Shown piece after piece: positions 57,026 to 64,000 of a stretch of DNA of 64,000 bases. The notes beneath the pieces are model-generated. The model was not told where the DNA came from and ran no database searches. It was given only the letters and a program-made list of their open reading frames with translations. This DNA is from Clostridia bacterium (lineage in GTDB: Bacteria > Bacillota > Clostridia > Oscillospirales > CAG-272), in NCBI GenBank assembly GCA_900769475.1, contig CAAGGQ010000230.1:519-64518 (forward strand), given 5' to 3'. The translations under genes were made by a program, and so were the position numbers. How positions within the stretch are numbered: position 1 is the first letter of the stretch; each line of letters begins with the position of its first letter.

Positions 57026-57054
57026 ATTATAGCACATTTTCCTTTTATTGTCTA
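57026..57054 (-). promoter_or_regulatory. SigA-type promoter of the MBL-gltX-glnS operon
   Basis: Minus strand TAGACA, 17 nt, TATAAT. Confidence 0.45.
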
Positions 57055-57118
57055 CTGCTTTTTCAAAAAAACAGTCTTAATTTGCGCAAAAATATTTCGC
57101 ATTTTTTCTTTCCGCCTA

Positions 57119-57147
57119 TTGACATCCCATCGCCCCTATGGTATAAT
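57119..57147 (+). promoter_or_regulatory. Consensus SigA promoter of the GntR/ABC operon
   Basis: TTGACA, 17 nt, TGgTATAAT. Confidence 0.65.
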
Positions 57148-57178
57148 ACAGTTGGAACAAATAATACAGTTGATACAG
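57143..57178 (+). promoter_or_regulatory. Direct-repeat candidate operator ATAATACAGTTG x2 plus a third ATACAG
   Basis: Identical 12-mers at 57143-57154 and 57161-57172 (18-bp period), and ATACAG again at 57173-57178. They overlap the -10 and the TSS. Confidence 0.4.
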
Positions 57179-57196
57179 AATGAAAGGAGGGAGCCC

Positions 57197-57553
57197 ATGA
57201 CGTGGAATTTTTCGGGAAAGCATGACGTGTATCTGGAAATTGCCGAGCGGTACCGCCAGTACATTCAGCTGGGCGTGATCGCTTACGGTGAGCGGTTGCC
57301 TTCGGTGCGTACCGCGGCCACCGAGCTTGGTGTGAATCCCAATACCATTGCCCGGGCGTATTCGGTGCTGGAAAGCGAGGGCTTTGTTCGCGCACTTCCC
57401 AAAAAAGGATTGTACGTGATCTGGCAGGGAAGCACCCCCGCTCCTACCATGGACGGGGAAAGCCGCGCGTATCTGGAATCCCTTCGTCAAAAGGGGATCC
57501 CCAAGGAATTGGTCATCGCTTGGATCGAGGAGGTGTATTCGGAAGATGATTGA
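57197..57553 (+). CDS. GntR-family transcriptional regulator, YtrA subfamily (short, 118 aa)
   Basis: wHTH LPSVRTAATELGVNPNTIARAYSVLESEGFV and a short C-terminus. AAAGGAGGG RBS. Confidence 0.85.
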   Translation: MTWNFSGKHDVYLEIAERYRQYIQLGVIAYGERLPSVRTAATELGVNPNTIARAYSVLESEGFVRALPKKGLYVIWQGSTPAPTMDGESRAYLESLRQKGIPKELVIAWIEEVYSEDD

Positions 57554-58427
57554 GGTACGTTCTCTCTCTCACTCCCTGGGTGAGAAGCAGGTTTTGAAGG
57601 ATGTGAATCTAACCCTGAAGGACGGAAGCGTCATGGGACTGGTGGGCATCAACGGCGCGGGAAAATCCACGCTGCTGCGATTGATCGCCGGAGTGTACTG
57701 TCCGGATCAGGGCGAGGTGCTGTGTGATGGAATTTCCACGCAGAGTGCTACGGCAAGGAAGGACATTTTCTTCCTGCCCGACGATCCTTATTATACGGTT
57801 TATACTACGGCACAAAGTCTGTGGCGCATGTATCGCGTCTTTTATCCCAACATGGACCGCGGTATCTGGCGGCAATGCTTGCAGGAGTTTGGCCTGGAGG
57901 AGCGCAAGCCGATCCGTACTTTTTCCAAGGGCATGAAACGGCAGCTTTACGTGGCGCTGGCCCTGGCGGCGCGCCCCAAGTATCTGCTTCTGGACGAGGC
58001 CTTTGACGGTCTGGATCCCTTGGCGCGTCTGCGCTTTAAGAAGGCTATCAACCGCGCCGTGGAGGAGGATGGCACCTCGGTGCTGATCTCCAGCCACTCC
58101 CTTCGTGAGCTGGAGGATTTTTGCGATTCCTATGCGCTCATCGACCATATGACGGTATCCGATTCGGGAAGCCTGAGCGATCATTTGGGGCGGTTCTGCA
58201 AGTTCCAGCTGGCCTTTGCCGTGCCTGCCACGCGGGAAACCTTTCTGGGCTTTCCCGTTGCATCCCTGGAGCTGAGCGGTCGCTTTGCACGGGTGATCTT
58301 AAAGGGCGAGAAGGAAGCCATGCGAACCGCTTTGGAACGCCTTTCCCCCGTGATCATGGAGGAGATCCCCATGGACTTTGAGGAGCTCTTTATTTCGGAG
58401 GTAGGAGAAAGGGGGAATCTGCTGTGA
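57546..58427 (+). CDS. ABC transporter ATP-binding protein (ABC-2 / YtrB-like)
   Basis: Walker A GINGAGKST, signature FSKGMKRQL and Walker B LLLDEAFDGLD. Overlaps the GntR gene by 8 nt. Confidence 0.9.
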   Translation: MIEVRSLSHSLGEKQVLKDVNLTLKDGSVMGLVGINGAGKSTLLRLIAGVYCPDQGEVLCDGISTQSATARKDIFFLPDDPYYTVYTTAQSLWRMYRVFYPNMDRGIWRQCLQEFGLEERKPIRTFSKGMKRQLYVALALAARPKYLLLDEAFDGLDPLARLRFKKAINRAVEEDGTSVLISSHSLRELEDFCDSYALIDHMTVSDSGSLSDHLGRFCKFQLAFAVPATRETFLGFPVASLELSGRFARVILKGEKEAMRTALERLSPVIMEEIPMDFEELFISEVGERGNLL

Positions 58428-59464
58428 AGATCTTTGGAAGGTATTTATCCCATCGCTTAGAAAGCGGCTTTTTGCGCACCCTGATTTTGGCGATCCTGGG
58501 ATTGCTCCTTTGCATGGTGTGCGTTACCCAGGAGATCGATTCCAGCGAGGTTCGCTACAATCGGGTCGCCCTCTATATCTTGGCTATTTTGATGGGAGTG
58601 ATCGCAACGGTGATCCCTATGCTGGAGCTGATGGATTTTAAAAAACGTCGCAATCTGGATACGCTCTTCAGCTTTTCCATCTCCCGCCCGCAAATGGCGC
58701 TGGCCCACTATTTGAGCGGTTGGATCCAGGTAATCATCATCTACTCGGTGTCCTTCTTTTGGGCGTTTGGGTATCTGAGTATTACCACCGATTATTTTGA
58801 TCTCTCCTATATGATCCCCTATTACTTTGTTTCCCTTGGGCTGGGCTGGATCCTGTATTCTTTCTTCCTGTTTTTGTTTGGAGAAGGGAACACCGTGGCA
58901 GATGGCGTGATCTTTTGCATCCTGGGAATGTTTGTGTTCTGGTTACTATTCAGCGTATTCCACGAGCTCCATTGTGTTGCACTGGATTCTACGCTGGCGT
59001 ATGTCGAATCCGAGAATCGCATTTTCAATCATGCGGAGCTTGGCATGGCCTACGTGCCCATCAATCACGTAACCACCTGGTTCCAGGAGGTGATCGAGAT
59101 CAATGATCCCAACAGCAATCCCGACCGCTACTACGAGCGTACCCTGCAGGCTTGCTTGGGATACGTTGGCTTTTGGGGCGTGGTGGGCTTGCTTAGCTCG
59201 GTGGGCTTTGTATGGAGCTTTACCAAGCGGCGTCCCGAGCAGGTGGGGGATATTTCCAACTCCTGGTTTGGATATCGCACCCTCATCCCCATCTACTTTT
59301 ACTCGTTCCTGCTGTTTTGGGGAGGCGACGCCCTCATTTATCTGTGGATCGCTGCCGTGGTTGCCTATTTCCTCTACCGTCGAAGCTTCCGCTTGAAAAA
59401 AAGCGACGTATTAATGCTGGCTTTCGGCTTGATCCCTCTGTTTTTCCATATCGCGTTTTTGTAA
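58424..59464 (+). CDS. Polytopic membrane protein, probable ABC-2 type permease partner
   Basis: About 8 hydrophobic helices. GTGA overlap with the ATPase gene (GTG start). Confidence 0.6.
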   Translation: MKIFGRYLSHRLESGFLRTLILAILGLLLCMVCVTQEIDSSEVRYNRVALYILAILMGVIATVIPMLELMDFKKRRNLDTLFSFSISRPQMALAHYLSGWIQVIIIYSVSFFWAFGYLSITTDYFDLSYMIPYYFVSLGLGWILYSFFLFLFGEGNTVADGVIFCILGMFVFWLLFSVFHELHCVALDSTLAYVESENRIFNHAELGMAYVPINHVTTWFQEVIEINDPNSNPDRYYERTLQACLGYVGFWGVVGLLSSVGFVWSFTKRRPEQVGDISNSWFGYRTLIPIYFYSFLLFWGGDALIYLWIAAVVAYFLYRRSFRLKKSDVLMLAFGLIPLFFHIAFL

Positions 59465-59483
59465 TGACGTAAAGAAAGGGGAA

Positions 59484-59999
59484 ATGAAAATGAAGAAGAA
59501 CACAACAAGAGCCCTGGCGTGGGGACTGAGCTTGCTCCTTCTTTTGCAGATGCTGGTGGGATGCACCGGACGCCCCTATCACGCCGAGCTGTACGATCTG
59601 GCGGCCGAATGGATCCAAGAGGATTTTGCCGCCGAGCATCCCGTGCGGGACTGGGGCAATTCCGAGGAGGCCGACCCCCATCCCAAGACCTGGGTGTTCC
59701 TGGTGAAGGATCGGGAGCAATACGAGGCGATCTTCCGAGAGGATGCCGATGGAGTCCGCGTGGATTTCAATAGCCAAATGCTGGTGGTGTATACCTTTAG
59801 CACGGTGTACCATCGGGAAAATAAGCTCACCGATCTGACGCTTCAGGACGGAGTGCTCACGGTGACCTACCGCATGGAAACGCCGAACAAGCTCTTTGGC
59901 GTTGGCATTGGGGACGCGTCACAGCCCTATCAGCGCTGGTTTGTGGTAAAGCTGGATCGCCTCGAGGTCGATACGGTGATATTTGAAGAGGAAAAATAA
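59484..59999 (+). CDS. Hypothetical lipoprotein
   Basis: Lipobox LQMLVGCTG. No recognisable catalytic motif. An alternative ATG at 59490 has better SD spacing. Confidence 0.55.
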   Translation: MKMKKNTTRALAWGLSLLLLLQMLVGCTGRPYHAELYDLAAEWIQEDFAAEHPVRDWGNSEEADPHPKTWVFLVKDREQYEAIFREDADGVRVDFNSQMLVVYTFSTVYHRENKLTDLTLQDGVLTVTYRMETPNKLFGVGIGDASQPYQRWFVVKLDRLEVDTVIFEEEK

Positions 60000-60003
60000 A
60001 AAA

Positions 60004-60051
60004 ACGAGGATCTCTCACAAAGACGGTGAGAGATCCTCGTTCTCATTTTTT
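60004..60051. terminator. Bidirectional hairpin terminator
   Basis: 15-bp perfect stem acgaggatctctcac/gtgagagatcctcgt, with a T-run downstream and an A-run upstream. Confidence 0.7.
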
Positions 60052-60054
60052 AAA

Positions 60055-61149
60055 TTAAACGTTGAAGCGGAAGAATACGATGTCGCCATCTTGCATCACA
60101 TATTCTTTTCCTTCACTGCGGAGCAATCCCGCATCCTTGACGGCATTCATGGTGCCGTATTTTTGCAGATCGTCAAAGGCCACCACCTCGGCACGAATAA
60201 AGCCGCGCTCAATGTCAGAGTGAATCTTGCCTGCGGCCTTGGGAGCCTTGGTGCCCTTGCGAATGGTCCAGGCACGGCACTCGTCGGGACCGGCGGTGAG
60301 GAAGCTGATCAGACCCAAAAGGGTATAGCTTGCCTTGATCAAACGGTCCAAACCGCTTTCTTCAATGCCAAGGTCGGCCAAAAACATGGCCTTTTCCTCG
60401 CCCGAAAGCTCAGCGATTTCGGCCTCGATCTGACAGCAGATGGGAATGATCTGGGAATGCTCACTCTCGGCGTGGGCCTTGAGGGATACGTAGGCCTCGT
60501 TGTCGGTGGGTTCGCCCGAGGCGTTGTCCTCGTTCACGTTGGCCACGTAGATCACGGGCTTGCGGGTGAGAAGGGGAGTGTCGTAAAGGCAGGCCTCTTC
60601 ATCCTCGGTCAACTCCACCGTGCGGGCACATTTTCCGTCAGCCAGCGCGGCGTACAGCTTTTCGAATACCGCCAGCTCGGCACCGTACTTCTTATCGGCC
60701 TTCATGGCTTTGCGAGTGCGGTCCATACGACGCTCCAGCACCTCCATATCCGAGAAGATCAGCTCCAGATTGATGGTTTCCAGGTCGCGCATGGGATCCA
60801 CCTGGCCGTCTACATGGATGATGTTTTCGTTTTCAAAGCAACGGATCACGTGAAGGATCGCATCGACCTCGCGGATGTTGCCCAGGAACTGGTTGCCCAG
60901 GCCCTCCCCCTTGGAGGCGCCCTTTACAAGGCCGGCAATGTCCACGAATTCGATCACGGCAGGGGTATATTTGTTGGGGTGATGCATATCGGCCAAAAAG
61001 TCCAAACGGCTGTCGGGCACCGATACCACACCCACATTGGGCTCAATGGTGCAGAAGGGGTAGTTTGCCGATTCCGCGCCCGCATTGGTCAGGGCGTTGA
61101 ACAGCGTGCTTTTTCCCACGTTGGGAAGTCCTACGATACCAAGTTTCAT
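60055..61149 (-). CDS. ychF: Redox-regulated ATPase YchF (Obg-family GTPase-like)
   Basis: [40 protein letters not shown] and a C-terminal TGS-like domain. The start at ATG 61149 follows GGAGAG. Confidence 0.9.
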   Translation of the reverse strand: MKLGIVGLPNVGKSTLFNALTNAGAESANYPFCTIEPNVGVVSVPDSRLDFLADMHHPNKYTPAVIEFVDIAGLVKGASKGEGLGNQFLGNIREVDAILHVIRCFENENIIHVDGQVDPMRDLETINLELIFSDMEVLERRMDRTRKAMKADKKYGAELAVFEKLYAALADGKCARTVELTEDEEACLYDTPLLTRKPVIYVANVNEDNASGEPTDNEAYVSLKAHAESEHSQIIPICCQIEAEIAELSGEEKAMFLADLGIEESGLDRLIKASYTLLGLISFLTAGPDECRAWTIRKGTKAPKAAGKIHSDIERGFIRAEVVAFDDLQKYGTMNAVKDAGLLRSEGKEYVMQDGDIVFFRFNV

Positions 61150-61220
61150 TTTGTCTATCTCTCCTTTATTTTCAGGGCTGACGCAGAGGAAACCGCGCCG
61201 AGACCCGCACAATCTTATAC

Positions 61221-61249
61221 ATTATATCATATTGATTTGTGCTTTTCAA
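61221..61249 (-). promoter_or_regulatory. SigA-type promoter of ychF
   Basis: Minus strand TTGAAA, 17 nt, TGaTATAAT. Confidence 0.55.
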
Positions 61250-61264
61250 GACTTCCGGGAGAAT

Positions 61265-63001
61265 TTATCCATTTTTTTCGTCGGTTTCAATGGCAGCGTG
61301 CTGGCAGAGAATGGCTTGGAACAGGGAAGGATCGAATTTTGCCTTTCGGTCAAAGGTATAAAGACCGTTCATTTCCTGCTCCACGTCGGTCAGCTGGGTA
61401 TAGCAGAGGGCGCCCATGTGGGGACTGAACAAAAAGAATTCGGTCTGCTCACGGAAGCGGGCAAGGAACTCCTCTTGCGTGCGGGGCGCATCGCCGTAGC
61501 CCCAGTTACCGCAACGGTTTTTGTCGAGCGCATCGGCGGGATTCCAGTAAATGCCGCCATATTCGCTGATAAAGGTGGGGCGACCGTATTCCTCAATGTT
61601 CCAACGTCTGGGCACGTAAACGCGAACCTCCTCGCCCTTTGCCAGGGCACCGTAGCGCTCCTCCAGCTTTTCACGGTTGGAGTAATCGTGAAGATCCACC
61701 ACGTCGGCAATGCCGGGAACGTGGCAATAACCCGAGGCTTCAATGTACATACGGGTGGGATCGTAGGCTCTCGTCATATCAGCCAAGAAGCGAACGAATT
61801 CGGTATCCTGCTCGGGACGGGTCTCGTTGAGGGGACACCAGCCGATGATGGCCGGGTGATTGAAATCCCGCTTGATCGCCTCCAGCCATTCAGGCAGAAA
61901 TGCCTTATAAGCATCGGGCTGACTCAGATCCAGCCCCCAGTTTCCGTGTTCTCCCCAAACGATGTAACCCAAGCGGTCACAATGGTACAGAAAGAGAGGC
62001 TCAAAGATCTTTTGGTGCAACCGTGCACCGTTAAATCCCATGGCCAGGGAACGCTCGATATCCCCGAGGAGCGCCTCCTCCGAGGGGGCGGTGAGGATTC
62101 CGTCGGGATAGTATCCCTGATCCAAGACCAATCTTTGGAACAGGGGCTTGTGGTTGAGATAGAGGATGCCGTCTTTCCATCCCACGTTGCGCATGCCAAA
62201 GTAGGAGGTGACGTGATCGTTCCCAAGGGTCAGTTCCAGGTCGTAGAGTCTGCCGTTCCCACACTCCCAAAGATGCAGCTCGGAAAGGGGGAGGGTAATA
62301 ATGGCGCTTTTGCCGTGGATCACGCAGGAGGCTTCTCCCATGGGCTTGCCTTTGTAGGATGCCGAAAGCGTTAAGATCATTCCGTCGGCGCGGTCGGCGT
62401 TGGCGTGCACCGTCAGGGTCTTGGCGTCAATGTCGGGATAGTATTTGAGCTCGGTCAGGTAGCTTTCCTCCACGGCTTCCAGCCAAACGGTCTGCCAAAT
62501 GCCGGTGGTACGGGTGTAATAGCAACCAAAGGATTGATGCTTGTGGCTCTGCTTTCCGGCGGCTTGCTTGCCCGAGCGGACGTCATCGTAGGCGCGCAGA
62601 ACCAGCGTGGCCTCGTTGGAGGTAAGATGGGGCGTTAATTCAAAGGAGAAGGAGGAGGATCCACCGCGGTGGTCGCCTACCTTGGTGCCATCCACCCAAA
62701 GGGTAGTGAAAAAATCACAAGCGCCAACATGGAGAAATACCCGTTTGCCCGCCCATTCGTCGGGGATGCGGATCTTCTTACGATACCACACGCAGGAGCA
62801 AAATTCCTTGTCACCAATGCCGGAAAGGATGCTCTCCCGGCAAAAGGGGACGTTGATGACCTCCTCAAAGGGAGCGTCGGGCTCCATGAGCTTGCGATCC
62901 AGCCCGGAATTCATACGGTCGGTGGAATATTCCCATGGACCGTTGAGATTTTGCCACAGCGTACGCTTGAGCTGAGGTCTTGGATATTCGGGTCGAAACA
63001 T
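61265..63001 (-). CDS. Glycoside hydrolase family 2 protein (beta-galactosidase / beta-glucuronidase-like)
   Basis: The N-terminus RPEYPRPQLKR..W.NLNGPWE and the TIM-barrel motif NHPAIIGWCPLNE (acid/base Glu context). Confidence 0.8.
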   Translation of the reverse strand: MFRPEYPRPQLKRTLWQNLNGPWEYSTDRMNSGLDRKLMEPDAPFEEVINVPFCRESILSGIGDKEFCSCVWYRKKIRIPDEWAGKRVFLHVGACDFFTTLWVDGTKVGDHRGGSSSFSFELTPHLTSNEATLVLRAYDDVRSGKQAAGKQSHKHQSFGCYYTRTTGIWQTVWLEAVEESYLTELKYYPDIDAKTLTVHANADRADGMILTLSASYKGKPMGEASCVIHGKSAIITLPLSELHLWECGNGRLYDLELTLGNDHVTSYFGMRNVGWKDGILYLNHKPLFQRLVLDQGYYPDGILTAPSEEALLGDIERSLAMGFNGARLHQKIFEPLFLYHCDRLGYIVWGEHGNWGLDLSQPDAYKAFLPEWLEAIKRDFNHPAIIGWCPLNETRPEQDTEFVRFLADMTRAYDPTRMYIEASGYCHVPGIADVVDLHDYSNREKLEERYGALAKGEEVRVYVPRRWNIEEYGRPTFISEYGGIYWNPADALDKNRCGNWGYGDAPRTQEEFLARFREQTEFFLFSPHMGALCYTQLTDVEQEMNGLYTFDRKAKFDPSLFQAILCQHAAIETDEKNG

Positions 63002-63056
63002 AAAAGATTCCTCCTTGAAATGTGGGATAAGTGCGATTCTTTACAATTAGAACGTG

Positions 63057-63761
63057 TTATGATTTTTTGAAAATTGTTTTTTGTTGCTTTTGATAAATTC
63101 TGCTGACCGAAAAGAATTGACGAACGATGCAGATCAATGTATAGATCGCATAGATCAAGTGCGTCATCTGGGCCGGATTTTCCGCAATCATTTCAAGGTA
63201 GAGCAAAACGGTCAGCGTTCCCGATCCAATCATGAGATAAGAGTATTCCTTGAATGCGAATAAGGATAAAACAGTAGCAAAAAATCCAATCAAGGCGTGA
63301 CTGTTATCCAGGATCAGATAATCGGATCCCATGGCTTGCATGATAAAATAGAGTGCGATGAAAGAAAGCACAAACGCAATTATCATGACGCCCCATTGCT
63401 TTGGTGTTAATTTTTTGAATTTTGTAGAGTTTCCGTCAGCGTTTTTACTCCAACGAATAAAGGTTGCCAGCTGAAGAGGAAAGGATATAAACAACGCGCT
63501 GCACATAGAGGCGTACAATCCCAAATACAGGAAGGTGGCCGCGTACAGAACGGAATTCAGAGATCCTACCAAATGCGCGTATCTGCTCGCCCTGGCTTGC
63601 AACATCCCAACCACCAGAGATATGTATAGGGGAAATACGAGAAATGGTACCTGTTGAAAGAAGATCGCGGCTCCTGTGATCAAGATCGCGGTTAGCCCCA
63701 GCAATAGGTATGGAAGGATATTTTGAATGGATTTCCAATGCTTTTCGGAAATGGTTGTCAT
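63057..63761 (-). CDS. Polytopic membrane protein, possibly a PnuC-like nicotinamide riboside transporter
   Basis: About 7 TM helices, about 234 aa, and a FIRWSKN loop reminiscent of PnuC. The assignment is weak. The ATG at 63761 lies downstream of a TATAAT at 63814-63809. Confidence 0.4.
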   Translation of the reverse strand: MTTISEKHWKSIQNILPYLLLGLTAILITGAAIFFQQVPFLVFPLYISLVVGMLQARASRYAHLVGSLNSVLYAATFLYLGLYASMCSALFISFPLQLATFIRWSKNADGNSTKFKKLTPKQWGVMIIAFVLSFIALYFIMQAMGSDYLILDNSHALIGFFATVLSLFAFKEYSYLMIGSGTLTVLLYLEMIAENPAQMTHLIYAIYTLICIVRQFFSVSRIYQKQQKTIFKKS

Positions 63762-63906
63762 GATCGCTCTGCTTTCTTTTTTGTATATTGAAAAATTGAT
63801 CATGCCAATTATAACGCAAAAAAATTCCGAAAGCAATGACACAACACGCCGTTTTGCAAAAAACGATGTCTTGTTTGCGGAATTTTTTGACGTAGAAAAG
63901 AAGACG

Positions 63907-64000
63907 TTAGTATTGGATATCTGCAGGCTGCGTTTGTTTGCGGTATTTTCCTGCCGAAATGCCGAATTTTGAACGAAAGGCAGAATAGAAGCCGGAGAGA
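63907..64000 (-). CDS. C-terminal end of an AraC-family transcriptional regulator (5' part beyond the window)
   Basis: The minus-strand translation ...LSGFYSAFRSKFGISAGKYRKQTQPADIQY* matches the second HTH of AraC/XylS proteins. It is absent from the track because it is under 60 aa. Confidence 0.55.
   Translation of the reverse strand, partial: LSGFYSAFRSKFGISAGKYRKQTQPADIQY

Overview
The window looks like chromosomal DNA from a spore-forming Firmicute (Clostridia-like, by eye roughly 55% GC). It is densely packed with mostly housekeeping genes. I call about 55 protein-coding genes.

**Main content**
- Translation: pheS/pheT behind a Phe T-box leader, asnS, and gltX-glnS.
- Stress response: the complete class III operon ctsR-mcsA-mcsB-clpC with a very clear CtsR operator array, plus mecA.
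- Sporulation: gpr-spoIIP.
- Other housekeeping: eno, dxs, tex, tadA, asnA, nnr, plsC, dat, ychF.
- Accessory genes: several glycoside hydrolase, SGNH hydrolase and ABC transporter genes.

By eye I saw no rRNA or tRNA genes, CRISPR arrays, transposases or prophage blocks.

**Most unusual region (about 240-5270)**
- A 7TM-sensor histidine kinase is paired with a response regulator carrying a SARP/OmpR-like winged-helix output domain.
- Three promoters follow, each built from the same tandem box (TTTGTAAC-N3-TTTGTAAY) at a fixed distance from a -10 hexamer.
- These promoters drive a Cache-HAMP-GGDEF diguanylate cyclase, an ORF-less terminator-bounded transcript containing G10 and G7 tracts, and a tiny terminator-bounded unit encoding an 11-aa Tyr-rich ORF (MKTLYYDYEYK).
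- I read this as a candidate self-contained regulon linking a two-component system to c-di-GMP synthesis. That reading is inference only.

**Other points worth a second look**
- A transglutaminase-like lipoprotein tightly coupled to an orphan DltA-like adenylation enzyme.
- A direct-repeat operator at a YtrA-type GntR/ABC operon.
- A perfect 8-3-8 palindrome upstream of a stand-alone MsmX-like ATPase.

**Limits**
- All function calls come from motif recognition in the supplied translations.
- No database search, RNA folding or statistics could be run.
- The many very long antisense ORFs in the track are judged to be artefacts.
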